64,000 nt of DNA, taken from assembly GCA_002633005.1 (NCBI GenBank), contig NMRA01000136.1, positions 130,859 to 194,858 of the forward strand, written 5' to 3'. Positions 10,197 to 24,105 of this stretch are shown here, in pieces. Position 1 is the first letter of the stretch. Each line of letters opens with the position of its first letter. Below the pieces are notes generated by a model. The model was not told where the DNA came from and ran no database searches. It saw only the letters and a list, made by a program, of their open reading frames with translations. Made by a program: the position numbers and the translations under genes. The stretch comes from Phoronis australis (Eukaryota; Animalia; Phoronida).

Positions 10197-11641
10197 ATAC
10201 ATACACATACAGATATACATATATACATATATAATTATATACATACTAGCAGCATCACATGACCCCAAGCCAAAGCAAAATTTTAGAAAGCTACATGCCT
10301 TGGATAACTAAGCTTCTGCAGCTTGCTACATTGTCTTTTCACCAATAGGGGGAGTCATCAAATGCACAATGGATTATGGAACATCTGGAATATCGTTCAT
10401 TTGCAGCAGACAAAACGTCTACATTGTTAGCAAACAAGTGAAGTGAAAAAGGATACATTATGCAAAGTTGTTGCTTGGATGCACATACATCAGTTTTCCT
10501 CTCTTCACTTAGCACAACAACTACAAGAGGTAAGGTTTTTATTTGTAAAATTTAGGTCAAGTTGTGTTCCACTAGGTTTCTACCTGCAGTCGCATGTCTA
10601 CATACTAACATGCAGACAGGTTATACGTCTGATGCAGCATACAACGGATTGATAAGAGAGTTTTAATTTTGTTAATTTTGCCACAAGAACAAATAATGAG
10701 AAAGCACAGGCCTGTTGCCAGCTTCGCTTTTAAAATGTAGGTAATAAGGAGCAATATTTGGTTAAGTTTCCTCAACAATTGTAATCATCTTTGAAAAATA
10801 ATAAGATAATTTTGGCTATGCAAAGTATATGTGTTCTTTTTTTTCTTCACCAGAGGAGAGTTGAATCCGCGATGTTGGAATTATGAAGATTGCAGGGGTG
10901 AAATTTTTCTACCAAATTCTAAAGCGATTATTAGAGCAATGGGAAGTCATTAATTTCCATTGTTTGATCAAACTTCGTGGCATTTACATGGAAATCATCT
11001 GTTTAACCACTGAAATGCATTTTAAGATTATTACTACATGGGATAGATTTTTTATTATCTTTGCTTGGTGATATAAAACAACAAAATATGGTGCGTTTGT
11101 GAGTTCATTACCAATCGTCAATTCTCGACATTGTCTGCCAGACATTTTCTGAAATCATGGGCGGTGAATTTGCCATTTAAATTCACTTGATGTACTCTCT
11201 ATGTTAAAACGCATGGGATCTGGCTCAGCAGCAGAACATTCACCTATTACTGCTAGGTTAGTACATCTAATGCCATGCTTCTAATTTTGTGAATACTACT
11301 TTTTCTTGCTAAAAACGTTCATTTAACAGTTTTAAGGTGAAATCTCACAAATTTCAGAGAAAATTACAGCCAAAATTGCATATTTTTTAATGTCGAGGGT
11401 TTACAAAAGTGACATTGTTATAGATGTCCATGATTTTCCAAAACATTGTCTTACTGAAGCTTTAATAGGGAACTTGAAAATAGTAAAACATTTACTTATA
11501 ATTATCTTTTATGAAAACAGCAAAATTACAATTTAATCGACAGCATCTCAAATGGTAGCACAATAAAAGGCCATTAGAGGGTGAAGAATAAAAATGAAAT
11601 CCATCCAAAAATAGGATGTTGTCATTTCTCAAATAAAAAAT

Positions 11642-11872
11642 ATTTGCCAAATTTAAAGAAAATCTGACAAGGAACTCTCAAGACACAGAAGCTAATGTAA
11701 AATACTAAAATTGCCACCAGGGGGCACAGCAGTAGTTGGATCCGTCCATCTGTTGTAACGTTAATATGAATGCATTTGCCAAATTTCTAGAAACCTTACA
11801 AGGAGCTTAAGAGATACAGCCACAGATACAAAAAATGCAGCTAGGGAGCACCACAGTATAGGTGGACCCGTC
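11642..11872. repeat. ~130-bp diverged tandem repeat with a CTCF-like motif
   Basis: Two units beginning ATTTGCCAAATTT. GCCACCAGGGGGCAC at 11713-11727. Related units at ~41410-41660. Confidence 0.5.
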
Positions 11873-14800
11873 TGAAACTCCACGTCAGCAATGTAAGGAC
11901 AAATCAAATCCCTTTAAAAATGGTAAAAGGTAGTTGGACAATATATTTATCGCATACACTTCTTCAACTTTCCCTAGCTGTTATTACCATCGGAAACAAG
12001 GAATGCTTGGCATCAACAATGACTTGGAAACTGCTCCAATTTTGGACAGGTTAATTTTGAGCATTTGAAGAAACATAAAATGCATGATTACAAAATTGGT
12101 AAAAATTGACAATATAATTACGTATGTTCAAATTTGAATAAACTTCATTCAGTTGGATTACATCTCGCCTCAATTTCTTAATTAAAAACCTCAGATTACT
12201 AGGAGAGGGGCGCATGTAACAAATGGGTTCAATTTTCTGAATGTTTGTGACCTCCATTCCCCGGCGACATAACGTTATCACTTCACACATTGTTTAGCCC
12301 GGGGAACACTACGTGTTTTCAGGTATCTAATTTATAGGTCAGGCCGAGGGATTAATATCTTTTATTAATCTGCAAGAACAGTTTAAACTGCGACACAAGA
12401 TTAGGATAAGCTCACACAGATGTACGCATACAAAGACACCTAAATGAAAAGTGAATATTTAATTCTAAAATATTCTTTCACACCATTTATTAAAATTACT
12501 GAATTAAGCCCTTGTTGTTCTGTTCATTCAAGAGGATTCCAGTGTAAATACACAGGCACTAAATCCTTATCAACTAATAATCCCAAATTTAACATTCAAT
12601 TTCACACAAGTTGCTTGTAGTTTCACAATTTCTAAAATTCATGCACCAAAAATATTAAAACAGCATTTCACCTCAGAACATTCCTTAACGTGATAAGATT
12701 TTGTTTCTGTTACCAGTAATAACATTGAAGCCATCAGAGATTCAAGAAAACACAGTTTCCGGGCATTGGCCAACCCTAAAACTGCAAATTTGAAAAGGGT
12801 GCATGAGTTGAACGCACTGTCTGAGACTTGAGTTGGTAAGGGTATAAAACCCGCCAGGGACAAGAATATTATGTGATCAATTTTATGAATGTAAAGGACC
12901 TACTGTGATTTCCCTGTTTCAGCTACAGTAGTTCAACAGGGTAGCTTAAAAACAATATTTTGCAGACAGGACACAATATGACGGCCAAGTGTAATTTCAT
13001 TTTCTAAATTGTCATAAAAAGATATGTAGTACCAAAGCAATGTTCTTCCATGTCCAAACTCCAGACAATATTTTGAAAACTTATGGGCATACTTAAAAAT
13101 GCCAGAAGCCTTTGAAAAAATGATGAAAATCAATTTTGCCGATTATTTTTGTACGAAATTAGTGGGGTTTTACCATATTACATGGCTACAATGCAGTACA
13201 ACTCTACATTCTGGAATCAGCAGTTTATGTACAACAAAAAATATGTTGAATAATTTTTGCATGCGTGCGAGTTCAGTTGAATAGATGATAAAGGCAAGCC
13301 TCGATATGGTTTTGATGAATGTATCGTAATAACAAACATATGGATATTCATTATCATCTAGTAACACTGGACAATAACTGTGTAGTTTATATATGCATGT
13401 CTGTACAATTCACATTGTGACACTGACCTTGGATCAAATGATAAACATTTTGCCGAGGGCAAAGAAGTTCAGATACGTTACGTGGAAGACACAGGTGGAT
13501 ACCGCAGGTAACCAAACAGAATTGCTACAGTATAGAGAGTATTGTTCTAAGGCAACAATACAATGTCCTTGTACCACGGGGCAAGCCACAAAAAACAAAA
13601 CAAACGCCGGGGACAACACTGCACATATTCATTGGCCCGCGTCACATACAACACGTGCCCCTTATAGAAAGACAATCTTAGAGGGGTTTGAGGTTTTAAT
13701 ACACCTGACAAACATCTCGCCTAAGGGAACGTAACAGATCAGGCAAACCACAGTACATCTACTGTATAATATGGAGATTATGAGGCTTGTGATGGGTGAC
13801 AATTATCTCCACTTGACTGGTTAACCACTAACTATGAGACAATATTTCAGACAAACACAGAAAACTACAGAAGAGGGCACTTGAACTCTTAGTGGAAAAA
13901 ATCACTTTACCCCAGTCATAAAGTTGACAAGTTTCACCATCAATGGATAAATCATGTCAAAACGTGATAAAAACAACATTATCACTTAATGTCGGAGCAT
14001 TTCCATAGTTTTAGACACCATTATCTCAACATTTCGTACTGACCAAAGATCTCTAGATGTTTCAAGATTACGGGCACAAAGCCTACGAAAATAATTTTTC
14101 ATGTTCTAAAGAAAATACTTAATCACTTAAATCCTTTACTTAGTACATTGACAATTGTTTTTGTTATAGTAAACATGAGAGTGTCAGGAATGATAGACAT
14201 CAAAATTTAGACATTTGTCAGGACTGAATGAAACAACAACAAAAATACACGTGAAATTACGTCAGAAGAGACAAGTCTCATCCGATCCATAAAAGCAGTC
14301 AAGTTACTAATGTTATGCTTCAAAAGTTTAAAGTCTTGCAATCCAAACCCAATGGCCACTGAGTAATAAGGTGATTGCAATACACATGTCCCTGGTCTCC
14401 ACATTTTCTTACCCCCTACACATGGTACAATCCACCCAGCTGGCAGTACATGAATTATTCATGGTAGAGTTTAACTGACTCCAGAAGGGATGGTAATTTG
14501 TAACAAAAACAAAACAGGATTACACAGAAAATATTAATACCCCAGTGAATAGAGTCAGTCAGGTAAAATAAGCATATTTGCTCAATAAACAACTTTGTAC
14601 TGAGATAGCTGTTCAATGAATTAGCAACTGTAACATGTTCTTGACCCAGCACAACACAAGTTCCACAGGTCATTGAATAAACCAAGACAAGCCAGTCTTT
14701 GAAAAATTTTTAGCCATAACTGATTTACCATTGTCCATTTGGCCCAGCTCAGAAAGCATGTTTTACAATACAGAATGTTGAATGTCTGGGTGTATTTGTA

Positions 14801-17800
14801 CAAATAGAGAGGAGAATTAATCTGATGTTATTTTAATGGTTAGCCAATTACAGTCTGGCATTTGCAAGGTAGAAGGGAAGAGGGCACACACACACAGACT
14901 TCTGCTCTATGAATAACAAGTGATGTATCTCAAGGAATTGAAACTGTAGAAAAGATGGAGGGAAAAGGTAAGCTTGAAAGCTTGAGTATCACTTTATACA
15001 TGTACATTTCACAGATGAATAAAATGTTCTTTAAATGAACATGCTAACTAATGTTCACCCAACAGAACTCAGCTAGGCTAAAACCTAATACAAAATCACT
15101 GTTATGATAATCAAATTTCATGTTTTTGTTCAATCCAAAATGCGATTTACTTGATTTGACATTGAACTCTTAATCCCTATGAGAGGTACAGACTCAAAGT
15201 TTTAGGAAGAAGAACGAGCAAGAGAGCAAAATACCAAACACTTGTTTTTAGTACAACTTACCAAATTTTTAATTTCAGCGTTTTAGCTAGAAGAGGAAAA
15301 GATGTTTAAACTATCGTTCCCTATTGGCTCTCATTCATGGAGTACAAGGCAATAATTAATCCCTAAAAAATTATACCTCCAAAAACTTTCAAAATAGGTT
15401 TTACGCAGGGGCATTTGAGAATACCTTATTCATAATAAAAGTGAGGTAATTTTATTAATATCATTTAGTGACTGGCGTACGACTTAACTTGACCCAGAAA
15501 CACATATAGCCTCTGTAGTTCGCACTAATATCAACATCTTCAAAGAATGACAGTACAAAAACTGCTTTAAAATCATGACGAATGACTCAAACTCCTGAGG
15601 GGATAAACATTATAATACAAGGGTTTCGGAGATAAATCATGGAGCGATTCTGCATTGTAATTGTATCTAAAGGAAACGCTGGAAGGGATTGAAAAATGGT
15701 GGTGTTCTAACAGGCCTGAGGAATAGAAACTGATTGCCTCAAAGCATCAACAAAGACCCCCACTTCGGTCGATAAGAATTAATATCAGGTCTATGATAAC
15801 TGATCATCATTAATTAATATCAGGTCTATGATAGTCGATGTGAATTTGAACAACATATTTAACCACAAATTATAATCAACCAAAATTGCCTGTGCGATGT
15901 TTTACAAACATTTTGTAAGTAACAAATTTCCTCTGAATGTGTTGAGGTCATCATTTTCCACCACTCAGTTGTTTTGTTGTAGGTTGATCAAAAATGCTTC
16001 CAATGTTTACAATTTATTTATAACTAATTTATGACAGAATCTGAGCACGTCATCTTTACTGGTCTACAACTTTCTGCAACTCGGACAACTCCAGACCAAC
16101 TTTGAGGATTATTAAACAAGCTTTGGTCAGAAGAATACAATCTGACACCGAGTTACCTGGGCTTTTTACAAGATGACTAAGAACTCAATTTCTCGTAAGA
16201 AAAACAAGTCAATAGTAAAACCCATAAGATTAGCAGGATTAAGGAGAGGGCAAGACTTTATCAAGATCTGATAGAGCAGCATGGGGGGTCTTGACTAATT
16301 GGATCCTACCATTATAATACAGATATCGCATTTTCTAAACATTGCACTTCAAAGGCGAACATTTTTGCTGGACACAACTAAAATTCAGTAGTAGTCAGTA
16401 GATCAATGCAACACCGGATTCACCTGAAAATTAATTTTTGCCAACAATAATCCTGTCATAAAACCGCCAACTAAAGCCTTGTACGGCACAAGAAAGTTGC
16501 TTCTTACACAGTATTTCACGTTAATACAGTTTACAACACAAATGTTTTAATACCACGTGGTGATCCAGGACTTTGTACAAGGGAACCAACACGGGACAAA
16601 CATGAGGTGCTTGAGATTCATCTATTACAATGCAAATGTGACCGAACTGGTGGTCCACCCCCCTGGACACAGTCTGGGTCAGCCCCTGAACACAAATCGA
16701 ACTATATGTCAAACAATCTACTGATGATTAAACACAAGTTAAATATTTCATATCTGTATCGATACAGAACACATAGAGGGAAGGACCACCAATTCAAATG
16801 CAAACTGCGTGTTGATTTCATTAGTATTTCGTACGAGTTTCCCAAGAGATTGTTCATGTGTAGAATGCCTGTCAACCAATTTCTCGTCTTGCGTGAGTGA
16901 AAGCAGTTCAGTAGGCTTACAGAAAATTATTCCACTAAATCTGAAAATTATAGAGTGCCTTAATGTTTGAAATTGCACAAAAGACATTTTAATTGCAAAT
17001 TATTCTGATTACTTGAGTGAGAATGGACTATAAGAATAGCCAGGTGTCAAGAACCTCCACTAACCGGAATACCCAGCTAGATTGCATAAAACTTCAAACT
17101 CTACCGACCATGGGATAAATTTGATTGCAGCAAAATACCAAAAGCATTGCTCAACTAAAGCAAGGTAACCTGTAGTAGTAGAACACCACTGTTGCATTCC
17201 ACAATGAGTAAGAGTTATGAACAACCTCAAATGGCTGCAGTAAAGACTTTTCGAGATACAAACTGGAAATTGACTTTCTCGAATTTATTAGTAAAAATAT
17301 ACACCAAGAAAGTTTATGTTCTTTCATTGTAAGTATGGCTAACACCACAAAATTGACACAAAACATTCCATAAACCTTGCTAAAATGTCCTTTTAACTTT
17401 TTCAACTTTGTTTGTATGGAAGTGAGGAAATTAACTTTAGGAGAAAAAATGAAAACTTTGAGTTTTGATGAAGGTGACTGAAAGAAAACAAAGTTTTTAC
17501 TTCACTCATATGGTGTGTTAGAAATTCAAAAATATTGCTTTACCATGTTGGCAAATTCATTTAGCAGTAGAGCATCCAATTTGTACTGCTGGGAGTTTTG
17601 TGCTGGCTGGTACCAGACTGATAAGGAACTGGAATTTATAGGTGCGGCAATGCAATGTTTTCACCCCGCTTGTGGAACATTCAGATAGAAAGTGCTGGAT
17701 AACTAACTATGCTTTGCTTCTGTAATTACATAATGCAGCCATTCTGGTGCTAATTAACTGGAATCTTCAGCAATTGTGTCCGATTTCCTGGCAATTGTAT

Positions 17801-19722
17801 CGGGTGTCACGTAGATTACATCGCAACTGTGAAAACCTGTTATTACGGGTAGTTAACTCCCCCTGTAGGGGCCATCGTGCTGGACAATTACAACCATTAG
17901 AAACCCCTGAGGACAGTCTTTACACTGGTAATCACCCGGTTCACATTAGCTGTGGCTGTTACCTGTTATCACACCAGACAGGTAAACCCCCGCCAGCTTC
18001 TTAAAATGATCACCTCGGACCAGTGATGGACAGATTACCTATGTAACGGAGAGACGGATATAGAAAAGGCATTTCTAATACAGTGTGCAGACTGTTTGGC
18101 CCTGTAACCAAACAAGGAGTTCCAACCACAGATGAATATTACCTCACTTAATGCGATCTATAAAAACTTCTGGAAGAAATGATCGTTGGGTGTTTTGGCC
18201 TGAGTAAATCGAAGAGCCACTGCAGAACAACTGGTACTCAAGATGAAGAAAATGACATTTTACCACACCTCTGGAGTAGTCCGTAAGTCAAAATGCGAGT
18301 CTTAAACACTTTAAAGTCAAATTTCATTAAATTCTTATCAGCCCCAGTTCAGATACCCTACCAGGTTTTCTGATGGATGGGTAAAAATGTGGCCATGTTC
18401 CCCAAGCAGCCACTAGGGGCTAGTTGGTATTCTGGCTATAATTGTCCCGTCAGTGTATTATGCGTGTTCATTACGAAGACAGTCGTGAAGATGACAGGTG
18501 GTCATTACTGCGGAATGGGGACTCTGGAGATGGGATTAGGGTAGGAATGGAATGACAAGGTGAAGTTATAAAAGTGTGCCAAATATGAAATATCATGTCA
18601 TCGTATAACAACCTAAAATGAGTGTGTAGTTTCATTACCTATGATTGAAGTTAAAACAATAGGCAGAGATCTGAGCTCATTGCAAAAGTTCCATAAACAT
18701 GTGATAAAGCTGTGCAGAGTAGGAAAGCCATAGATAATCGTTATGAAGCTGTGTGACAGACAGCTTACTCTGATGCGGACAGCGTATTAAAAAGAATCCA
18801 TAGTTACAGTTTCATTCTTAAATGATAGATTAAGAGATTGGTGTTTGATATGTAGGTATTACTTGAAGATACTTTATGAAGATTTCAGCAGATGACTAAG
18901 TACAAAAAGGTAATTAAAATACACTAGCGATTTTCAGTCAGACGAGAGACTTTAAAAAAACACAAAACTACTTAACTAAACGAATCAATGTATCTAAACA
19001 TTATTATAACTTTAAACAGCTATTGTAATAAAACTGGAAATCAGAGAACAACCAAGAGATATCCATAGTACATAGGAAAGTGGATATTGCTAATTTAAAG
19101 GCTCTGGAAAAACTTCACAACTTTCAAACAGAAGTGTAAATTGATTAAACAAGAAACTGAAGGTGAGACTTGCTGTTCCGCTTGTCAATATACCAAAAAG
19201 TACCAAGCATGTAATTCCAGACCATCTAAAGTCTTCTTAGGTAGTGGCAAACACAATACAACAAAGTCAACAGGTGTTTGTCAATTCAACGAAGACAATT
19301 CGCAACAAACCAAGTTGGCTGCAGGTAACCCTAGCTCCTGATCCCCAGGTAATAAGTTAAAGAAACACTTCATGGAGAAAACAAAAGTATCACAAACACG
19401 AAATATCTGAGGGACCAATAAGACCACTACAGACTACATGAGTAAATACAGAAAATCAGATGAATCAGCAGGCTACCCATCATGCATGTAAAATGAGGGT
19501 ATGAATGCAGGAGACATTCAAAGGTAGGAATTAAGATCAGGCATTGTGGAGTTTGGAACTACTGAATCAAACACCATTCAGGTGGAAAATTAACCTTTCT
19601 TTAGCTGATTTCTTGGGCTAGCCTCCCCTAAAATGAAAATAGGGAGTCAATTCTGTTAACAGATTTCCCATAATAGATGAACATGTGAAGACCACAGGAG
19701 AAATGCCAAGACTTGACTATCA

Positions 19723-20064
19723 TCTCTTTCCCATTAACAAAACAACTCCCGTTTTGCAGAATTTCAGTCACTTAAAACAGGCATCGCAACTCCTCTCAAA
19801 ATAGGTGGACTAAACTACGGAGTTTTACAACTCTCCTGCAATGGAAAAGATTACCTCAAATCCAATGGGAGTAATCGCTAAGGTCAAAACGTGTAACACA
19901 TGATGTATTCAATCGAGAGTGCGAATCAACAATGCCATCTGGTGTTAAATCCCTATAACTAACTGGAACTCCCATCATGCTACAGGATAGGAGTTAGTGT
20001 AAAAGATAAGGGAAGTTGCAATGGAATTGTGCAAGAGACCGGAGTTTTGTTAATGGGAGAGAGA
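19723..20064. mobile_element. MITE-like element
   Basis: Terminal inverted repeats TCTCTTTCCCATTAACAAAAC / GTTTTGTTAATGGGAGAGAGA. No clear TSD. Confidence 0.55.
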
Positions 20065-23000
20065 CATCTGTGGGAGATGGCTACATAATCGCATAGCACC
20101 AACGGGATACTTCACATCAACCAGGTTGTACCAATGGAGAATGAATTCTCTTCAACATTGTAAACAGAAAGATAACAGAAACCTGTTCACTGCATGAAGG
20201 AATACACGGATACGTGAGGGTCCCATGAGACTATGGTTAAGTACCTAACTTAATGCATTTATACAGGTAGACCATTACTTCACCAGGGCCAACTGACAGT
20301 CCTTCATTGCCTCAAAACTGTTTGGAAAAATGAGTGAGTTGCAGTTGCGCCTTGGAAAGATTTGCTAATCTTTACTTTAAGTCGCAGTTACTTACAAAGA
20401 TCATGGAAAGCAAAATTTTCATAGAACTGGATTTCGAACAACTATGAACCAAAATACACAACTTGTTTTGATTTTATATTCGTCCAAGCATGCAAATTAG
20501 TAAATAAGTATAGCAAGTTTACGTTTCATTACAACTAAGTATCTGGTACTTACCTAATTAGAAAAAAAAGAAAAATAACTTAACAAGGATAATATAATAA
20601 AGACGATCGACTGTACTTGAAAATTAATTTTGTTTTATTTCACATTTTACTGAAAATGTTACATATTGTACAATTTTTAGGAAAGATTAGAGCAGCTTAA
20701 CTCAATGACTTAATAAATGCGTCAGGAATTTGTCACAAACCAGGTACAACAGAACATGTAAATGATCATTCTACAAAAGAAAATAAATAAAAAATCAGAA
20801 ATTGAGCAGATAATTGAATGTATCAACTGCCTTACAATCTATATGATACCAGTTACACAGGTGGCGCAGCACTGAAAAAGTGGGGCTATAGCCCCTCCCC
20901 CCAGCCCCTCATGGTGCGCCACCCATGAGTTAACGACTATGTAAACAATCTTCCTTGGATATCAAGATAAAATAAAATTTCAAATTCTTTGTCAAACAAA
21001 ACAAAACAAAAATAGATAATACCATGTCAATTATGATAATGAACTGAAACTCAAATTACGGTTACTACAGATTTTTTGAAAATCATAAAGTCATAATGCA
21101 AAACTTATGGTGTGCATTCTAAACAGTCCCAAGTACCTTTTCAAAGGATTTATGTTGGATTCACAAATGGTCAAATAAACATACAAAAAGCCAACAGCAA
21201 ACTTTGTGCACTATGGATAAGTTCAAACAGTTCACTTTCACCCCAATTAACCACCTGATGACTGTTTACACAAACTAGCAACAATGAAACTACATACTTG
21301 GTTTGAAGATGACAAACCTTTGTCATTCAGTGAATGGCATGACCCAAAAGGGGTGGTCAGGTTTAATGTGACCAATCCAATGGAGAATAAAACGATTTAA
21401 GACATAGAATTCAGTCAACAAAAGATTAACAACCAGACATTTGCATTGTATAAAAGTAATTCATTGACAAGGCTACTGTCAAAAACTTTAATTTCAATTA
21501 TTCATTATAATGAATGGACTGAGCTGATAATGGCACAGTCCAGCCAGAACATCTGTCCTTGTGTGATGAGGTAGCCAGTCACCAACTGATGTCGTGGAAT
21601 GGAGGTAGATTTAAATTTAACTGAAATGGTGGCAACATGAAACTAAACATGCCGTGGAAAAGGCGACGGACAAAACAGAAACCGGCAGGGTAAGGTCTAA
21701 GCGTGAAATGATTTTCAAATAGAGTAAAAATGCTAGAATGTTTATTGTTTGAGCAACAAGCCAGGTGTGTTAACGTTTCTGAAGCTAATCTGTTGCCAGC
21801 AAATAAAAAAATTATCCACACGTAGAACAAAATATCAGTGAAAAAGATAAAATGATATCTTTTATAGGAATACTTCCTGGACATGCATACTGGAGTACAG
21901 CTATGCAAGCCTTTTGTGCCAAAAGGCATCTTTTTTTGTCGTATAATCTATAGTTAGAACACCTTCAGAAATTCTTGTGGCATCATTCCATTACAATACA
22001 TAGTCAAGGCTATGACTATTACATGTTGGTAAATATTTTTATTAGTGTAAGGAACAAAAACTGCTGATTACAAACAATGAAAGAAAAAATGGTAGGGATT
22101 AGTACAGGAAATTTGGAATATGTCAGTGAAACTTTTAATACAAAGATTGGCCAGTTATGAATCTTTTACACAAATTTTAACTAAAGGTGTAAATTCAATA
22201 ACAACAAAATGTTATACTGAAAATTTTTGTTAATATCTAAAGATCCCAGCACTTCTATGACATTATTGCAATATACATACACTGAACACAGGTCACAACA
22301 TTTTATAAAACACACCATAATTCCATTTCACCAATGAGCTAGACCAGCTCATTGATTTTACTTAGAATTTTCATTTGTTGAAGTCGTGGTTACGTGACTA
22401 TTATTATTAAACGATAAAGGCACAGTTCAGACCCTGGACAGGATCTACTTATACACAGTGTGAAATATGCACTTGAAAATAATTGCATTGATAGATATCC
22501 TGGAAATGTCATCACATCTGGTTTGGGAAAATCCACATGACTTGTTTTGGTGTGAAACACACACACACACACACATACACATCTCAGCATTGTTTACAAC
22601 AGATGCCCCTCCAATACAATACAGGTATTCATAAAACCACAGATGTTCAACATACTTAGTATGTGGATAAGAACATAAGGTATTTACCTTCAACCAACTA
22701 AATGCAAAACCTTTAAGTAAAACCTAGAAGGAAAATTCTAAAATATAATTAGACTGAAACCTTATTTATCCATTACAAATTCTTGACATTGTGGCATAGA
22801 AATTTTATGGTGATGGAAAATTAAGTGTTGAGATCTTTCGGTACATCATGTACCAAAATTACAAAATAAATGATTCCAGCATTTCGAATAAACTGCGTTA
22901 TTTAACGTGAAATTTCTCCAGAAGAATTAAGATTGCATGAATATTTTAAACTATTATCAGCATGGCTTGCAGAGTGTAGATGTCATAAAATAACAAAAAA

Positions 23001-24011
23001 TTACAAATTTTCAACATATCATGTACCACTGTTGATGATGGCATCAGTGGATAACTTTGATAACTCTGAAATAAACCATTCTTGATGTCTGCAACAGATC
23101 CAGCTGCTGAATCCACCAACTGTAAACATTTGGCTCATTAACTGCCAACCCCTACTTTTGAAAGTTGTCATTGGTTGGCTAAGCACACAGACTCATCTGT
23201 TTAAAATTTTCAATTAGCACCAACCCATAATTTACTTCATGAAATTGATTTTCAAAAGCAGTAAGGCATGCTTTCAAATATGGAAACTGGATCACTTTGA
23301 GTCGCAGTGTAGTTATAGCCAAGAGTTTCTACTTATGGTTATTGTCAGGGACATCATATTATGTTAGTGTCTTCTGTTGTGCATTAAAACTTAAAGCATT
23401 AAAATTGATGTGTTGTTGAAATAGTTACCAAGTGCCTATGGTGTCAGCCTCAGCACTTAAGTGAACTTGCTCGTTGTGGTATACCCTCTTCATTAGGTCC
23501 TTGCAGGGGCTTGCAGTTTGTCACATTTTCGTTAAGTCGAAATATACTCATTTCTCAGTCATTTGTGGTCAATACATTACACTCTTTTCCAAGATCAAAT
23601 TTAAAAATCCCATTGACCAACGCTCCCCCAAACACTGAAACATCGATGTAAGTGGGAAAGAGCCTTAACTACGAGTTTGATCTCCGTTGTTTTAGGAACT
23701 CTTTCCTTTATTTTGACTTGTTTAAAGCTCAGAAAAGGATTCACCAATCACCAGATATCACTAGAATAGCAAAATGTCTTCAATTCCAATCTTCCATCTA
23801 TTTGCCTTTATTGGCAATTCAAAAAGTGAAATTTAATGGCTCTCAACAGCGGTAGCCATTTTGTTGGTGCACCGAGAGAATTTCAAACACAATTTTGAAA
23901 TTTTCATTTGATTACATGTGGAAACGACCTCATTTAGTTTAAAGTTTACACTAGAGTGGTTTGCCATCAAATTCCTTTTATAAATTTTTAACTGACAAGA
24001 CGTGGAATAAG

Positions 24012-24105
24012 TAACGTGCCTATATTTTGAGAACCAGTTTTCACCACTCAATAACAGGTAACAAACTGGTTCTCAAAATGTGGGTATCTTATACCTGACT
24101 ATTGC
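24012..24105. repeat. Short palindromic MITE-like repeat
   Basis: 17-bp perfect inverted repeat ATTTTGAGAACCAGTTT (24024-24040 / 24063-24079). A second family member lies at ~48418-48530. Confidence 0.55.

Noticed and set aside
16521-16900. GC-richer exon-like patch with short ORFs on both strands
   Set aside because: No recognisable homology and no phase-consistent splice partners.
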